A stretch of DNA of 64,000 nt. Origin: Perkinsus chesapeaki ATCC PRA-425 (taxonomy: Eukaryota; Protista; Perkinsozoa). The stretch is from the NCBI GenBank assembly GCA_013115145.1, contig JAAPAO010000127.1:1-64000 (forward strand), written 5' to 3'. The notes beneath the pieces are model-generated. The model had not been told where the DNA came from, ran no database searches, and saw nothing but the letters and a program-made list of their open reading frames with translations. The position numbers and the translations under genes were made by a program. Below, in pieces: positions 9,971 through 22,700 of this stretch (positions are counted from its first letter, which is position 1; the number at the start of each line of letters is the position of its first letter).

Positions 9971-12071
9971 CTATGGGAGTCCCATAATGGGACGATGGTG
10001 GATAGTCGTACAGTTCCGCCGGCTTAATAACAACAGACAGTTGACTAGGTTCGGGTTAAGTCCGACAGTCGTAGACCGTGATATACTATCGGTCCTCGAC
10101 AGTAGTGCTGGGCGCGAATATCTTACCGCGATAATCATCTCGTTTCCATCCAAATGAGCTTCACGCGAATGAAAGAGATGAGCTATGTCGCATAAGGAAG
10201 TGACTCCCTACCCCAATCGGGATGTCATTCGATATTCTATGTAGCTGTAATGACAAAGACCGCATACCGTTTTCCAGATGCGAGAGTTGTCTACAAAGAT
10301 TGCTTCCTGGACTCTTCAATAAAGTCAAGGTTGAGTCATATCGTGCTTAATGATCATCAGCTGCGTTTCGTTATTATGTTTTCGATTCACTAGTTCAACA
10401 CAATCATGATCAGTTACAGAAAATAGCAATAACGAATGAGATGGTCACTTGATGGTTAAAGGGCGATATCTCGACCCACTTCTTGAGCCGGGCAGTCTTG
10501 CTGGTGGATGTGGATGTGGATGATCCAAACTAACAGCAAAGTCATCGGCATCATAACCGACAAGCTCTTTGCTGATAACATCCTCAGGTTTGATAAGCTG
10601 TTGTCTGTTGCTATTAAGTCTTTTTGATTGAGCTACCATCCACCATCGGCTCATTATGTGTTCTGGCACAAGCAATTTCTGTCGGATCTTCTCCTTCAAT
10701 TCGGCACCGGTCGTTTGGCCCTAAAACAGCAATTCATATCTCTCTCAATCCCTCTCAACGTGCTTACCACAATAACCTTCACCAGAGTCGGGAATCCGAA
10801 ATACATTCCACCTTGAGTGCCCCTGTCATAGTGTTGCACGTAAACCGTCAGAGGTTGCCCATCCTCGACCGGAGCGTGAGGCGTCACAATCTTAGCACGA
10901 CAATCATCGTCGTCTCGTTCCAGCCGGATGTAACTATCAAATTATCGTCACGCGCCACGAAATTATATCTTTATTTTACTCGAATAAAACATTTGTAAGC
11001 TTGTTCTGGGCAGTACTGTAACGTTGGAGCTCCTGGAAGATGTTGTCTTCTCCACCGTATACTTCCATAACCTTTACAGTAAAAATACCGAGGCCAGGAA
11101 TCGAACCCGGGTGACTTACCTTCGATCTGTCGGTAACAACCATTCGGACAGGCACTGCCTTTGCATCACACTCGTCCTCGTGGATCACTCCGACCTTACG
11201 ACAGTCGCTCACAAACGTCGGGTTCTCATCCACGAGGTGCTGCCACAGCTGATTTACCGTCAAAGAAGGCTTTAAATCTGAATAATAAATGCGGGGTGCC
11301 GGGAACGAACCTATGCCTCACCACCCAGGTCATTTCCTGCTTGCTCGCTGTAACACTCTGTTGTCGGTACAACAGTCATTAAACCGTTGGCTACCTCTCT
11401 CACATGCTCATCGAAGAAACGAACCTGAGAAAATAACCGTAAATGAATGAGAAGTGTGGTATGACAACTTGAATATGAAATTTAAATGCGTTCTTGACAT
11501 CACCATTGTGGTGATGATTAATGCGAAACCATTAATCATATAAAAATGGTTAATTGCACTCTATGTGGTGTGGAGTGTTTCCTTCCCACATACAGGATGC
11601 ATAAATATTATATCACTATGGATTCGCGAATGATGGATCTCGCCGTCGGGGAGCTGTCGGCAATTAAGGTAGGACCCGTGAGAATATCTCCTAGAGATGA
11701 CATTAAACACACTTACACATGCACATCCATTTTCATTCTCAACAAGCCTTTTCGGGACCCCGACTGCTTGCATCGTCCATTCGTGCGTTGGTGGCTGTCC
11801 CCAATGCAAAGATGAGAACTTCTCGTGTGACGCCGTCACATGGGCCGCCGAATTGGCATCATCCAGTGCCGCCTGATGAGACCAGTCCACCCAGGTTCGA
11901 TCCCCAGCGAGAGCACTTACGAAGAACCTTTGGTGGCTTCCAAGCAACGAATGACCGGCTTCCGCACCGTTATTTAGGAATTCTTCTCGGGAAGCAGCTG
12001 GCGGTGTCCCTCCCGGAGTTAGTAAAATATCTTGCCTGAAGAGTATACAACTACACCCTTCCCGCAACCAT
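9971..12071 (-). CDS. Hypothetical multi-exon gene (ends approximate)
   Basis: Chain of minus-strand frames joined by GT-AG introns (e.g. 11072-11119, 11278-11321, 11873-11920); product not recognised. Confidence 0.45.
11072..11119 (-). other. 48-nt intron made of a tRNA 3' end
   Basis: GTAAGTCACCCGGG-TTCGATT-CCTGG-CCTCGGT-A-TTTTT-ACTGTAAAG. Confidence 0.75.
11278..11321 (-). other. 44-nt intron made of a tRNA-like 3' end
   Basis: GTGAGGCATAGG-TTCGTTC-CCGGC-ACCCCGC-A-TTT-ATTATTCAG. Confidence 0.65.
11873..11920 (-). other. 48-nt intron carrying a tRNA 3' end in antisense orientation
   Basis: Minus strand GTAAG..CATCAG; plus strand reads CCAGG-TTCGATC-CCCAG-CGAGAGC-A. Confidence 0.7.
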
Positions 12072-12298
12072 GGCCCGCTCTTTCGAACAGCTCCAGTTTC
12101 ACAGGGTTGATTATAGGCGATCGAGTTTTGATCTTTCCGTAACCACAGCTGTCGGAAATTTCGGGAAAGTGTGTCGATTTTTTCGTATTAGGACCCAAAT
12201 AAATTAAAACTAGTAATTAAATTGATATAAACTTGATATTGACTGATGAAATTGATAACTTCATTAATATTTCTAATGATTTAGTGGAATTCAACATC

Positions 12299-15200
12299 TC
12301 AAGCACGCGATATTGTAAGAGTAGCAGTACTGGTTCGATGAGAATAGCTATAATTATTAAAATGTCCTCGCCAGGGATCGAACCCGTGCCCCTACCCTTC
12401 ATCAACATTGAACGTCTCTCGAATCGCTCTGGTCACTTGCGCCAAATTCCATCTGAAATCCATCTCCAGAGTTTCAACCGGATGCGGTCGTCCATGTGAC
12501 ACAATCGGTGTCTCCCTAAAAACCGAAAATTTCCGGCGACATTTCTCGCTTTTTCTTACTGTATCGAAGCCGTTGACGGATGAGCGTTATTGCTATCATC
12601 GGTGCCACGGGAGAACGGCCGGTCCCAACTGTCATGCGAGCATCTGGCGAAACAATGGAAATTTCTCGCCGAGCCAGCAGCCTTACATCCCATCAATGCT
12701 TGCTTCCTCCGCAGGGTCCACCATGTGAACAGTAACAACAACTTGATTAATAAGACTAGCGAAGCAGTCTGCAGCTGTAAGTATCTTTTCAGAGCAGATA
12801 ATGCACGGTTAACCTAAAGATTCCTCACCTTAAGTTTCGGGACCTCCGCAGAGCTCAAATCGGGCACGGCTGGGACAGGTGGATTCGGTCCGTCATACCA
12901 TTGGCAAATCAAAACCGGTGCCACACCATTGCAAACGGTGACCTGACAACATACCAAATCGATCAGCTGGGCGAGCGCTTTTTACAATCCAACTCTACCA
13001 GGTTAGTGAGCTCCTGAGGATCATCGAGTTTGACAGATGCAAGACCGGTGCGTCGCTCCGCCTCCTCGTAACACAAAATTGATCCACCGTCCTTTTCCGA
13101 GGGCACGCCTTCTGGCCAGAGCGAAAGAAACTGAATGCATATCCAAGGTTGAAGCAGGTAAGATACAAAATAACTCTACTTTGGCTAGAATTTCCTGATC
13201 AATCTCCTTCATATTCTGTAAGCCAGCAGCTTCCACCATCTCGCTGATCCTCGTTCCCAAGGCTGTCCGTAATGTCGGTGGCCCTCCAGCAGCCGTAACT
13301 CCTCCCAGGGAGATGTAATCGGCACCGAGCTCGACAACAGCGTGAGTTTTAGGGCAATAATATTTCATAATGACCAAAGTGCCTAATACCAAAAACGCAA
13401 TACAAAAATCGCTTCGCTCCGCTAACCTACCCTGATTTCTCTCGATAATATCTCCGAGTGGCTCAGGTTTGGCTTTTCCCAAATGCAGACGTCTGTGCAC
13501 CGCCAACGTGTGGCTCGGTACCGCTAGTAACTAAAAATGACCGCTGCGCCACGAAATTCATCCACCCGGTTCGTACTGTAATGTCTGCAACCTCCGGAGA
13601 TCGATCCCTTCCTCGCTCGCTTGTTCGAGTTCCGATGGAAGTTTTCATTCTGAAAATTCAACCATTATGGGCCGGAAAAAATAGGAAAATTCCCGGAAAA
13701 TTCCGGTCGTTTTTCCCCTCCCTGATTTATATAATATTTTCACATTGCAAAATCGTTTTTCATATCATCAGGGGAGACAATGCCGTCCAATCTCGGACGA
13801 AAATCAAAACAATGGCCTCGAATTTAGTTTCTAAAATTATACCCCGCCAAAATCTCAAAAAAATTCCCGTTATTTTTCCACGAAAAAGTCGTAAATTCGT
13901 TTTTTCCGGTGGTAATCTTACGCATCATTAAGCATCGAATCAAGTGTCCTTCCAGCACGAGATCGACTTCCGCGATGTAAATGATGATGTCCGTCGCTGC
14001 CCTGTCGGGTAGGTCCGTACATATTCCAATCTGCAGCGCCTGTGCTGTCCTCCTCAGCGCTCTCAGATACAACCATATCGCTCTTCAATTGGGACCAATC
14101 CATCTCAGTCATTCTGAAAGACGCAAGTTCGATTCCCGGCAGCGGAATTTTTAGGACTGTCCGTTACTTCTGACAATTTCGCGATAACTTGTCCAACAAA
14201 GATGCCAAGGTTAAACTAGAAAATTTCTCTCCAGAAACACAGCAAACACTTCCCTCCAAATTTTCCATCGACCAAATCCGCAATTTCAAGCAAATTTCCG
14301 AGCAGTTTTTCCCTGAAAATTTCCGAAATTTTGTCATCAAATACCCAAGCTCACCCATCAAGCCGTCTCCGTCTAAGATACGCCAAACCAATCTGTGTTG
14401 GGTCCAATTCGCTCGCCTTCTCATTAGTAGCCTTCAATGCATCAACAACCGACTCGAAAATTTGCGGTAACTACCAAAACAAAATCAACCTCACCCGAAA
14501 AGATTCCCCCGCCTACCTCAGCAGTTCTGAGCATCCGTATAGTCGTTCCAGCGTTATCCGCTATTGCAGGAATACCAAAGCCCTGCAGTCAAGAGTGCAA
14601 ACGTTTTAATGTGGGTAATTAATTCCGATTCTGAGATTTATTTCCCCAAGGTTACCTCTCCTCCCCTTAAATCCGCCGATGTCACTATCCTAACATTAAC
14701 GTGCATGGCCGCTTCTTGAAGCTCTCGCTTCCGATCGTCAACTCTCTTAGACTCGAGCTCTAAGCGATTCTTAACCTGACAAAATCGATCACGTGGTTAT
14801 CAATTCAACCTATTTCGTATCTTACCGTTTCATAAGACGGATTCGTTAATATCTTATCTGCCTCAGAAGCTTTCACATACACCAATAAATACCTAAAAAT
14901 GCCCTCCCCCGGGTTCGAACCCACGACCTTCCCCTTACGCGCTATATATTCTTTGCCTCGTCACTTCCGTCGGAGATCTCAAACCTTTTGTAAGATAATC
15001 AGATGGAACCACATCGGTGCCGCCGAAATTATCCTCAACCTGAAACGAAAAATGTAAAACGAAAAACGCTTCGCTCCGCGTGAACACTCACCGCCGCATA
15101 CTCCGAAACCTTCGTAACAGAATCGTCATCAAACCGGAACCAATCAGTTCCTGAAATCGATCGATTGGGCGCGCGCTTGTAACATCACCGATAAACTCAC

Positions 15201-18200
15201 CTTCTCCTTTTGGTCGAATAAAAGCATAATAGTGTCCCGAATTAACATCCCCGGAATGGACCTATTATGGTTATCCCCTGGTTATCCGAGGTTGAAGCGC
15301 GAATTCCAGGCTCAAAAAGATACGCCCGCGTAGAATCTTCACAGTGCGCAGCTTCCTCCACCTCCTTACCAGAACCGTGTGAAGAATATAGTCTCCTGTC
15401 CCGGGAAGCAAATTATCCAAATTCAAACGCGTTGGGAATTCAAACCGATCATGCCTGAGCAAAATCGATCACGTGATCGATTACGAACCCCCTTACAATT
15501 TAACCATGTCCATCCTGGCGAAATCAAAATTGAATCTTTTCAGTTGAATATTTAGAACCGGTGGGAACTTCGTAAACCGAATACCTTTCCTTGCCCTTTG
15601 CTTTCCATGACCTAGTAATCGAAAGGTCACGGGCTCAATTCCCAGTCGGGGCATTTTTATTACCTTCTGCTTCATAGGCATTCTCCCCCTCCAACATCTC
15701 CACTTGCGTAAAATCAAGTAGAGAATCTTGTAGAGTCTTCAGTCCAGCCACATTCAGCGATAAATCATAGAAAGGCTCAAGTCTGATAGGAGTAGAAAAA
15801 AAATCGAGTGAACCCGAAACCACAAAAGCTCGAGTGAGAATGAAGATGTCCAAGATTTTCCTGTCATTGTCGTGCATTCCCCAGCAAATATATTTGAAAT
15901 TTCCCGAATTTTTCGGAAAAAATGTCCAATTTTCCCGAAAATTTCCGGTAATTTTCCCTAGAACATCTCAGATTTCCTTAGTTTACTACCTTCTACTAGA
16001 GTAGCTTATATCCACACATTCAATAAAGTTCTCAAGCTCTCCTTCGAAGAGTTGCTGTATCGCACCGTCGACCGAAGTACCCTTCAACTTCTCCTCCAAC
16101 TTGTCACAGAGGAGTCTCTCCAACTCTTGAGCCTAGAAACAGCAGAATCTTTAAATATAAAGAATCCCATAATCATCAGGTATAATAAAAGTCTATTATA
16201 TCATATCATGAATAGTTACAGTGTATCTGTCAAACTACCAGTAAAACATCCCAGGTTCCATTCCCACGCAGAACACATCAAAATTATCATGTTCTCCTCC
16301 ATCAACTGGCCGATCTATTTTAATGTTTATTTGGTTGCCCTAAGACGTGCTGTTCTACAACCTTCCTCACCAAGAACCCCACGAAAGACCTCCTTCACGT
16401 AGTAATACGTACCATACAGCAAGACTATTATTAATTTCATACCGCTCCTCTCTTACGTCATGTTGAGTAAATGCATCCATCGAATCCCATCCAAATGCTC
16501 TTATCAAATCCTTACAAGTCACCGGGACATCAGAAGTCTGCAAGTCCAAAAAGACCTGACCACAACAACTCTCAAGAGATGGATGATATAACGACCATCG
16601 ATAATTTTCAACTGAGACACTGCATTGGATGCCTGGATCCCTCTACCGCCTGGTGCTCTCTCTGTGCGCTCGATCTTGGACTCTATATCAACACACTGTC
16701 CCCGATAGCGTCCAGCCTTGCGAACCAGAATCCAATCCGAAACTCGCTTAATCCTCAAGTACAATCGAAACGACAATGAGGGAATTGCGCACCTACCGAA
16801 CGCATGCTTCAACCTAAGATACTACCTTTTGCAGTGCAATCGGCAAGCTCAATCGACCTCCAGATGGACTCATACATGCCAATGAATCTTCCTCTCCAAT
16901 TTCCCCACCTTCCTCATCCTTAGCCAGACCTGAGACACCCCTCAAAAATCTTCACAGTGCGAAAGATTCCTACGTTCTCGCTCCGCTCTAGGATCAACCG
17001 AATAAACAATCTCCCGGAATCTTCCCAAATGATACAACGACTGTAGCAGTCCATTCAGGTAGCAAGTTGCCCCATGGTTTCGAAGACCAACGAAACTGAC
17101 GACAGAAAAATCAAAAAAATTTTTTCCCTGCAAAGCTACCCTGTTCCTCCTCGCTCCCTATCAGTCCCGTTGCCCAGAACTGTCTCGGCTTGCCTAGCGT
17201 AAGCTGATGCTCTCAAAACCTAACAAAACAGCAAGTAAAATAGGATATGTTTTCCAAACTCGGTCGCCTTTTCACGATTATTTCTACAGATTTACTTTTC
17301 CTCCGGTTTAACATGTCTCATTCAATCACAAGTTCAATTATCTTTACTCTCGACAACCGTGTAGTGTTGGAGGCCTCTCCTGGCTCCCGTCTCGGGAGAT
17401 CTTTATTATTTACCCCGAAAAACAACTTCCAAAAATTCCCACCAATTTTTACCGAATAATATAACTTTCCCAATCTTACTTGGAAACACATATCTCCCCA
17501 CTTTACGAAATTTCCCAAAAAATCGATAATTTTTCCCATGTTTTCCCCCCTATTACCAAATTCCCTTCCTCATCCAACCAGCCTTCTTTAGGATCCAATA
17601 CTTTATCGATTAACACCAGATCATGCCAACCACGATCAATCTCAGCCTTGCAGAAATTATGACTGTCAGATTTAACCTGATCATAAATCATTGAAATATT
17701 ACAAAAACCTATCTCTTCAGTCACCAAGATGACCCATGCCTTGCTGCTCGCCCAGTGAAATATCTCACTTCAAAAACTAGACATTAGAGCCCCCCAGATT
17801 TCCTCCCTATTCTCACGAAGCCCAGCCTCAGGCGGCTTTGCTATGAACAACCGCTGAGTGAATTCCAAAGTTGACCAAAGTCCACCAATACCAAACCGCT
17901 TCACCCATTTCGAGTCGTGACGGAATATACTACAAATTCACATTAATTTTTATATTGCTTCATATGATTTATCGAATACCATATCCAACTGCATCACAAG
18001 CCCATCAGAGATTTCTTGCGCGCCACGAAACTCTACTTCCACTTACAACAGATTTTCTGTAATCCTTCTGGTTGATAACAATAATCTGAAACTTAACACC
18101 AGCATAGACAAACCGAGGATCCATGCCTGACATCGAAAATTCACTGCGCCACGAAATTAAAAAACCACTACTACCTTCCTCCCTCTCCTGGCATTCTACA

Positions 18201-19441
18201 TAGGCAGCTAAATAGGTCGGCGCACGTGTGCGATTGCCGTGGGGGAAGACCAAAAGCTGAGGAGAAGTTGGTATGAGAATTCTCGTTAAAGCCACAGAGA
18301 TTTGGATCCGAATACATCCGAAGCGGTGAGTCACATTCCCCTATTGAAGAGATGTCCGACTTTTTAATGAGATTTCAAGTTGTATTTCTCCGGTATATGG
18401 TATTCTCCATTTACCATACGCATTGCAATATACTACATTTAATACGAAATGAACTATAAAAAACATATAGGATAAAATGTGCGGCACTTTCATCTACGAG
18501 CCTTCATAATTCCAAATAAGGTTCCACCTTGGAAGGGGTCCAGTTTCCTTATAATTTTCCATTCCCGATGACTTGAACCATAACTTCATCAGAAGATCTA
18601 ATGGGACAATTATACCATATAAAAGCACCCTCAAATTTCACAAAACGTGTATTCATGAATCGCTTCGCTCCGCCTGAATATTGTTACCTTAAAAGTAAAT
18701 GGTCCAGCTGTGAGGGAGGGTGAACGAATCTGCTCCATTGGTTGATATTTCGCAATATCCGCTATCTTAAACTCCAGCTCATTAGGGGCACATGGTGGAA
18801 TTGTAGCTGATTAAACAAAAGAGCGGTATGAGCTGCACCAACACACACACCCGACCAAGCTAAAGCATATACTAAAGCACCGCTCTGTAGACGTGCCGAG
18901 CTTTCCAGCAATAAAAGGACGAATACGATATTCAAAAACCTTCGCTTAAAAACGAGTCAATGCTGCTCCTCGGTGAATTAATTGAATATAGCATTTGGGC
19001 ATATTTCCATTTGGCTCGATTTACGTGGCCCCGAGAATTATGATATATTAATTATGACAACGAAGTAGTAGTAGAACAGAATAGGCACCAATTTTATCGA
19101 CACAGCTACCAAAAATGCCATAATTATTAACTGCGAGAATTTTTAAGAAATTTCCAGAAAGAAAGTTTTTATTCAATAAACCTCGGTGGTATTATCAAAT
19201 AGTAGGACACTACTGTTTATCATTATCACTATATTATACCACTGTTATTTATATTATTACTATAGAAGACAATATTGAATATCTCCCTTATATTATTACC
19301 AGCATTATGATCCACTTCTCCTCTTTGTTGTAGATCCTTCCGACTGCTACTACCATCACTAGTTCGTGATGAGCCCGGTGATGAATCTCCCTTATGCCCT
19401 CGAGTAGATGACGGAGATTTCCCGCCACTCAAAATCGACAT
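12299..19441 (-). CDS. USP7: USP7/UBP12-like ubiquitin C-terminal hydrolase (MATH + USP catalytic domain + C-terminal region), many introns; 5' end uncertain
   Basis: MATH exons (LLVFPHGN..LAAYVEC, KFQIIVINQ at 18005-18334); Cys box FVGLRNHGATCYLNGLLQSLYH; DLIRAFGWDSMDAFTQHDV; EPFYDLSLNV; KGIRFTKFPPVLNIQLKRF; HDRFEFP; YSAYLLVY after splicing; stop TGA at 12299-12301. Confidence 0.9.
12348..12395 (-). other. 48-nt last intron of the USP7-like gene made of a tRNA 3' end
   Basis: GTAGGGGCACGGG-TTCGATC-CCTGG-CGAGGAC-A-TTTT-AATAATTATAG. Confidence 0.75.
14893..14938 (-). other. 46-nt USP7-like intron made of a tRNA 3' end
   Basis: GTAAGGGGAAGGTCGTGGG-TTCGAAC-CCGGG-GGAGGGC-A-TTTTT-AG; removal restores RIYSAYLLVY. 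Confidence 0.85.
15612..15663 (-). other. 52-nt USP7-like intron that is an antisense tRNA 3' half (AGT/Thr-like anticodon loop to terminator)
   Basis: Plus strand CT-AGT-AA-TCGAA-AGGTC-ACGGG-CTCAATT-CCCAG-TCGGGGC-A-TTTTT; removal restores ENAYEAEGHGKQRARKGIRF. Confidence 0.85.
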
Positions 19442-19767
19442 ACTTCAAAAATGATCACAACAACAACTACTGTCATACACTAATTTGCATAACAAAAATC
19501 GCTTCGCTCCGCTGTCACGCTAAATACACAAACTAGCCCCTGCCGAGAATCGAACCCGGCAGGCCAAGAAGATCTGATTTTTCCCAGGAAAATAGCGATA
19601 CCAAATTTCCTCTAGATTCACCATAAATACAAACTTGTTTAAAAACTATTACTGAGGGATTTGTTTGATTTAATTGATCTCTCCAAGAATCGAACCCATG
19701 CCCTCTCCCTCAACAAAATGCCAGTCACACACAGCAATGAAACGTAGTCGAGCACCCAAGTGCCACG

Positions 19768-22700
19768 CTAGCAAGGAACTGTTAAATTAAACCGCCTCTC
19801 CCGGGGATCGAACCTCCGCGGGTTTTCGTACACCGGGTTCTCGAGCAAGCGCCAGCTGCAACGCATCTCTATATATCCCCTTTGCGATCGATCGATACTC
19901 TCCATCATCTTGACTCAGAAAATTGTCCATCATTACCCCACAATTCACCTATACAAAAAATGGTAAACATGAATCGCTTCGCTCCGCCTACTACCTCAAG
20001 TATCTTTAACTCGCCATTCGTTAGCTCGACAACGTCCACACTACAGAAGTCGATTCCTATTGCGTTTGTCGCGGCTACCGCAAGCGAAGCAATCTGATGA
20101 GATACTTCATAACCCGGACAACATTGACCAAATTCGACGTGCCAAAATGGAACAAGAATGTAATATTACACTATAGCCAATAGTACACTTTATTATTCAG
20201 CCAAGATGGTGCGTTCATAGAAAATGAGTTGTTGGTGGTGGAAAAAGAATCTTTTAATGAATAATAAAGCAGTAAGATTGGGGTTCAAGATAGGAGCTAA
20301 AACACAATTTAAAATAGGGCCAAGATGCAGCCAATACTTTCCCGTCCTCGACGGGCTCCCCTTGAATCCCATCACCTCGGAGCGTCACCCGTGAATTTCT
20401 GTAATTTCTCTAGCGCGCATAAAATGCAGCACCTTGAATGAATCCAGTCAGAAATGAGAGACCAGCTCCTCTCCTCCTCAGCCCTCCTTCTCCACATTAC
20501 CCTTTTCCCCATATCAGAATCCATCTCAACTAACTTCGCCTTCGCACCTAGTCCCAAATTATGCTTCCACTGTAGTGGGATTATCTCATCCTTCTCAGGT
20601 ACCCAGTCAGCATCTTCAACTGCAGCCAAGCAGCTCGCTATTCCCTGGAGACAAATCAATGGCGAGCATTCAAATAAAGCGGCAACCCTAAACCCACTAT
20701 CGAATAGGTTCCACTGTGGAAATATTCCCTTAATTAATTCGCCCAGCAAATCATGCTCTGCAGGGTGGCGAAATGCAACCGAAACCCGACCCTCCAGTCG
20801 ACGATCTGCCGTTCCTATAAGCTTTAAAGCTGTCAACAAATCTCCACGCTACAAGTGCTCTTTAAACTACTCAATTCCATCAGTTACCTCTTGATCAAAA
20901 ATTTCCACGGAAATTAGGAAATCGTTCACGCTCTTTGATGGTTTATGTCGCTTTGTGCCCAAAAAGGTTCTTAACATGCAGATACCACATAAACCTCCAA
21001 AAGCAAGCAGCAGCAGCAAGATGAAGTGCCACATTGTTCCCTATCTCTCCTATAGCCCCCCCCTCCCTTTGTCCATTATTAACCTGTGCATTATGTTTAT
21101 TAAGCCTCTGTGCACATAGTTCCGTTATTGTCTTGACTCCATCTCCCTTCACCGATTGCCTCTGCTTCGAATACATTAATCTCGGTCTGCGATGGGTACA
21201 TACAACCCTGTATTCATTCAATATATTCAGAAATGGTGAAACTGCCAACCCATACCTGACAAAAAATTTCCGAAAATTTGCATAAAATCCAAAGAAAATT
21301 CCCGAAAATTTCCATTTCCCGATTCCCCAAATGACTTATTGTGGATGATAACCTCAACAATAAGACATCATTATCAGAATTGAAGGGCCTAAGAAACCAT
21401 ATATTGACCATGGACCAGCGAGCCAGCTAGCGAAGATGCGTCCCTAGGTGATGGAATAATATTTATAATGCGGAGACGTAGCGAGGATCTTTCTATGAAA
21501 TAGGAAGAAAGGTCCCAAATGCTTTGCTTTTACCAGCATTTGATTCTCATCCATGAATCGCTTTTAAAGCATGTCTTCGCCTGAATTGGTGAAGGAAATT
21601 TTGAGGAAAAACAGTAAATTTTCCTTTGTTCACATTTGCGTGCTTAATTACAGTCTTCTATGGGAATTGAACACAAGCTTAACTGACGAAAACTAACACC
21701 TATACCAGAACTGAGATTAGTGAATCAAAATCACCGATACAGAAAAATAGCCATCATCACGTTCGCAAACCTAACTAACTGAAAAGAGTTTTACCACTGC
21801 GATGTACGGAGGTAAAAATGATTGTTCACCTGCTCGCTCGAAAGAATTTTTTTAAGAAAGTGTTTTTTTTGCAATTTTTTCTGTCTTACTCTCGGCTGAA
21901 TATAGTCAATATTGCCGCTTCCGCTTCTCTGACATTATGCGCCACCATAACATCAGCTCCACCAGTACCTAACCATCAGCTGGGATAGACGAGGCATTAA
22001 GATTAGGGAGGCAATTAGCCAAGTCATACCAACCACGAGAATTTCTAGAGTTATCCTCGTAAAATTTGAAACTGATATGACAGGGCTTAGGAATAAGATT
22101 CTTACTACCAATGATTATTAATCCTTATAAGCTTAAACGTATGGTTAATATAGATTATATTAATACTTGACATAAGTACCAAGTTTTTATTAATACCACA
22201 TTTCCGCCAAATCCTCTCTTCTATATTACCTTTCAATGGCTTTAACACTAATGATTCCGACCCTTCCTTTTTCCAATATTTCAATACCTCCTCAACTGCA
22301 CTTTGACCTTTAGGGATGTAATCTTTGGCGACAGAGCAACATGGATTAAGAAAGACTGTATGCGGAACATTTGGAACCTAAACAAATTCTCACTGCGCCA
22401 CAAAATTATTGATACAGCGAATGTGAATTAATGCATGGGTGTGAAATAGCCCGATTGCCATTGAGATGAAACATGACGAGGACTTAAACGCAGAAGACTG
22501 GATGAGTACGCTACGACTGCATCACCCACACTCCAGGACGTCGAAAAAATATATCTTTCCTCAAACAATACAAGCTCAATGTTCTAAAACCTACTCCATG
22601 TACTACCATTATCAGAACAAGGGTATGATACATATTACGGCAGGCATGGTAATGGTCAGGCATTATTAGCTATCAGAAAAATGCGACAGAGCTACCTGTC

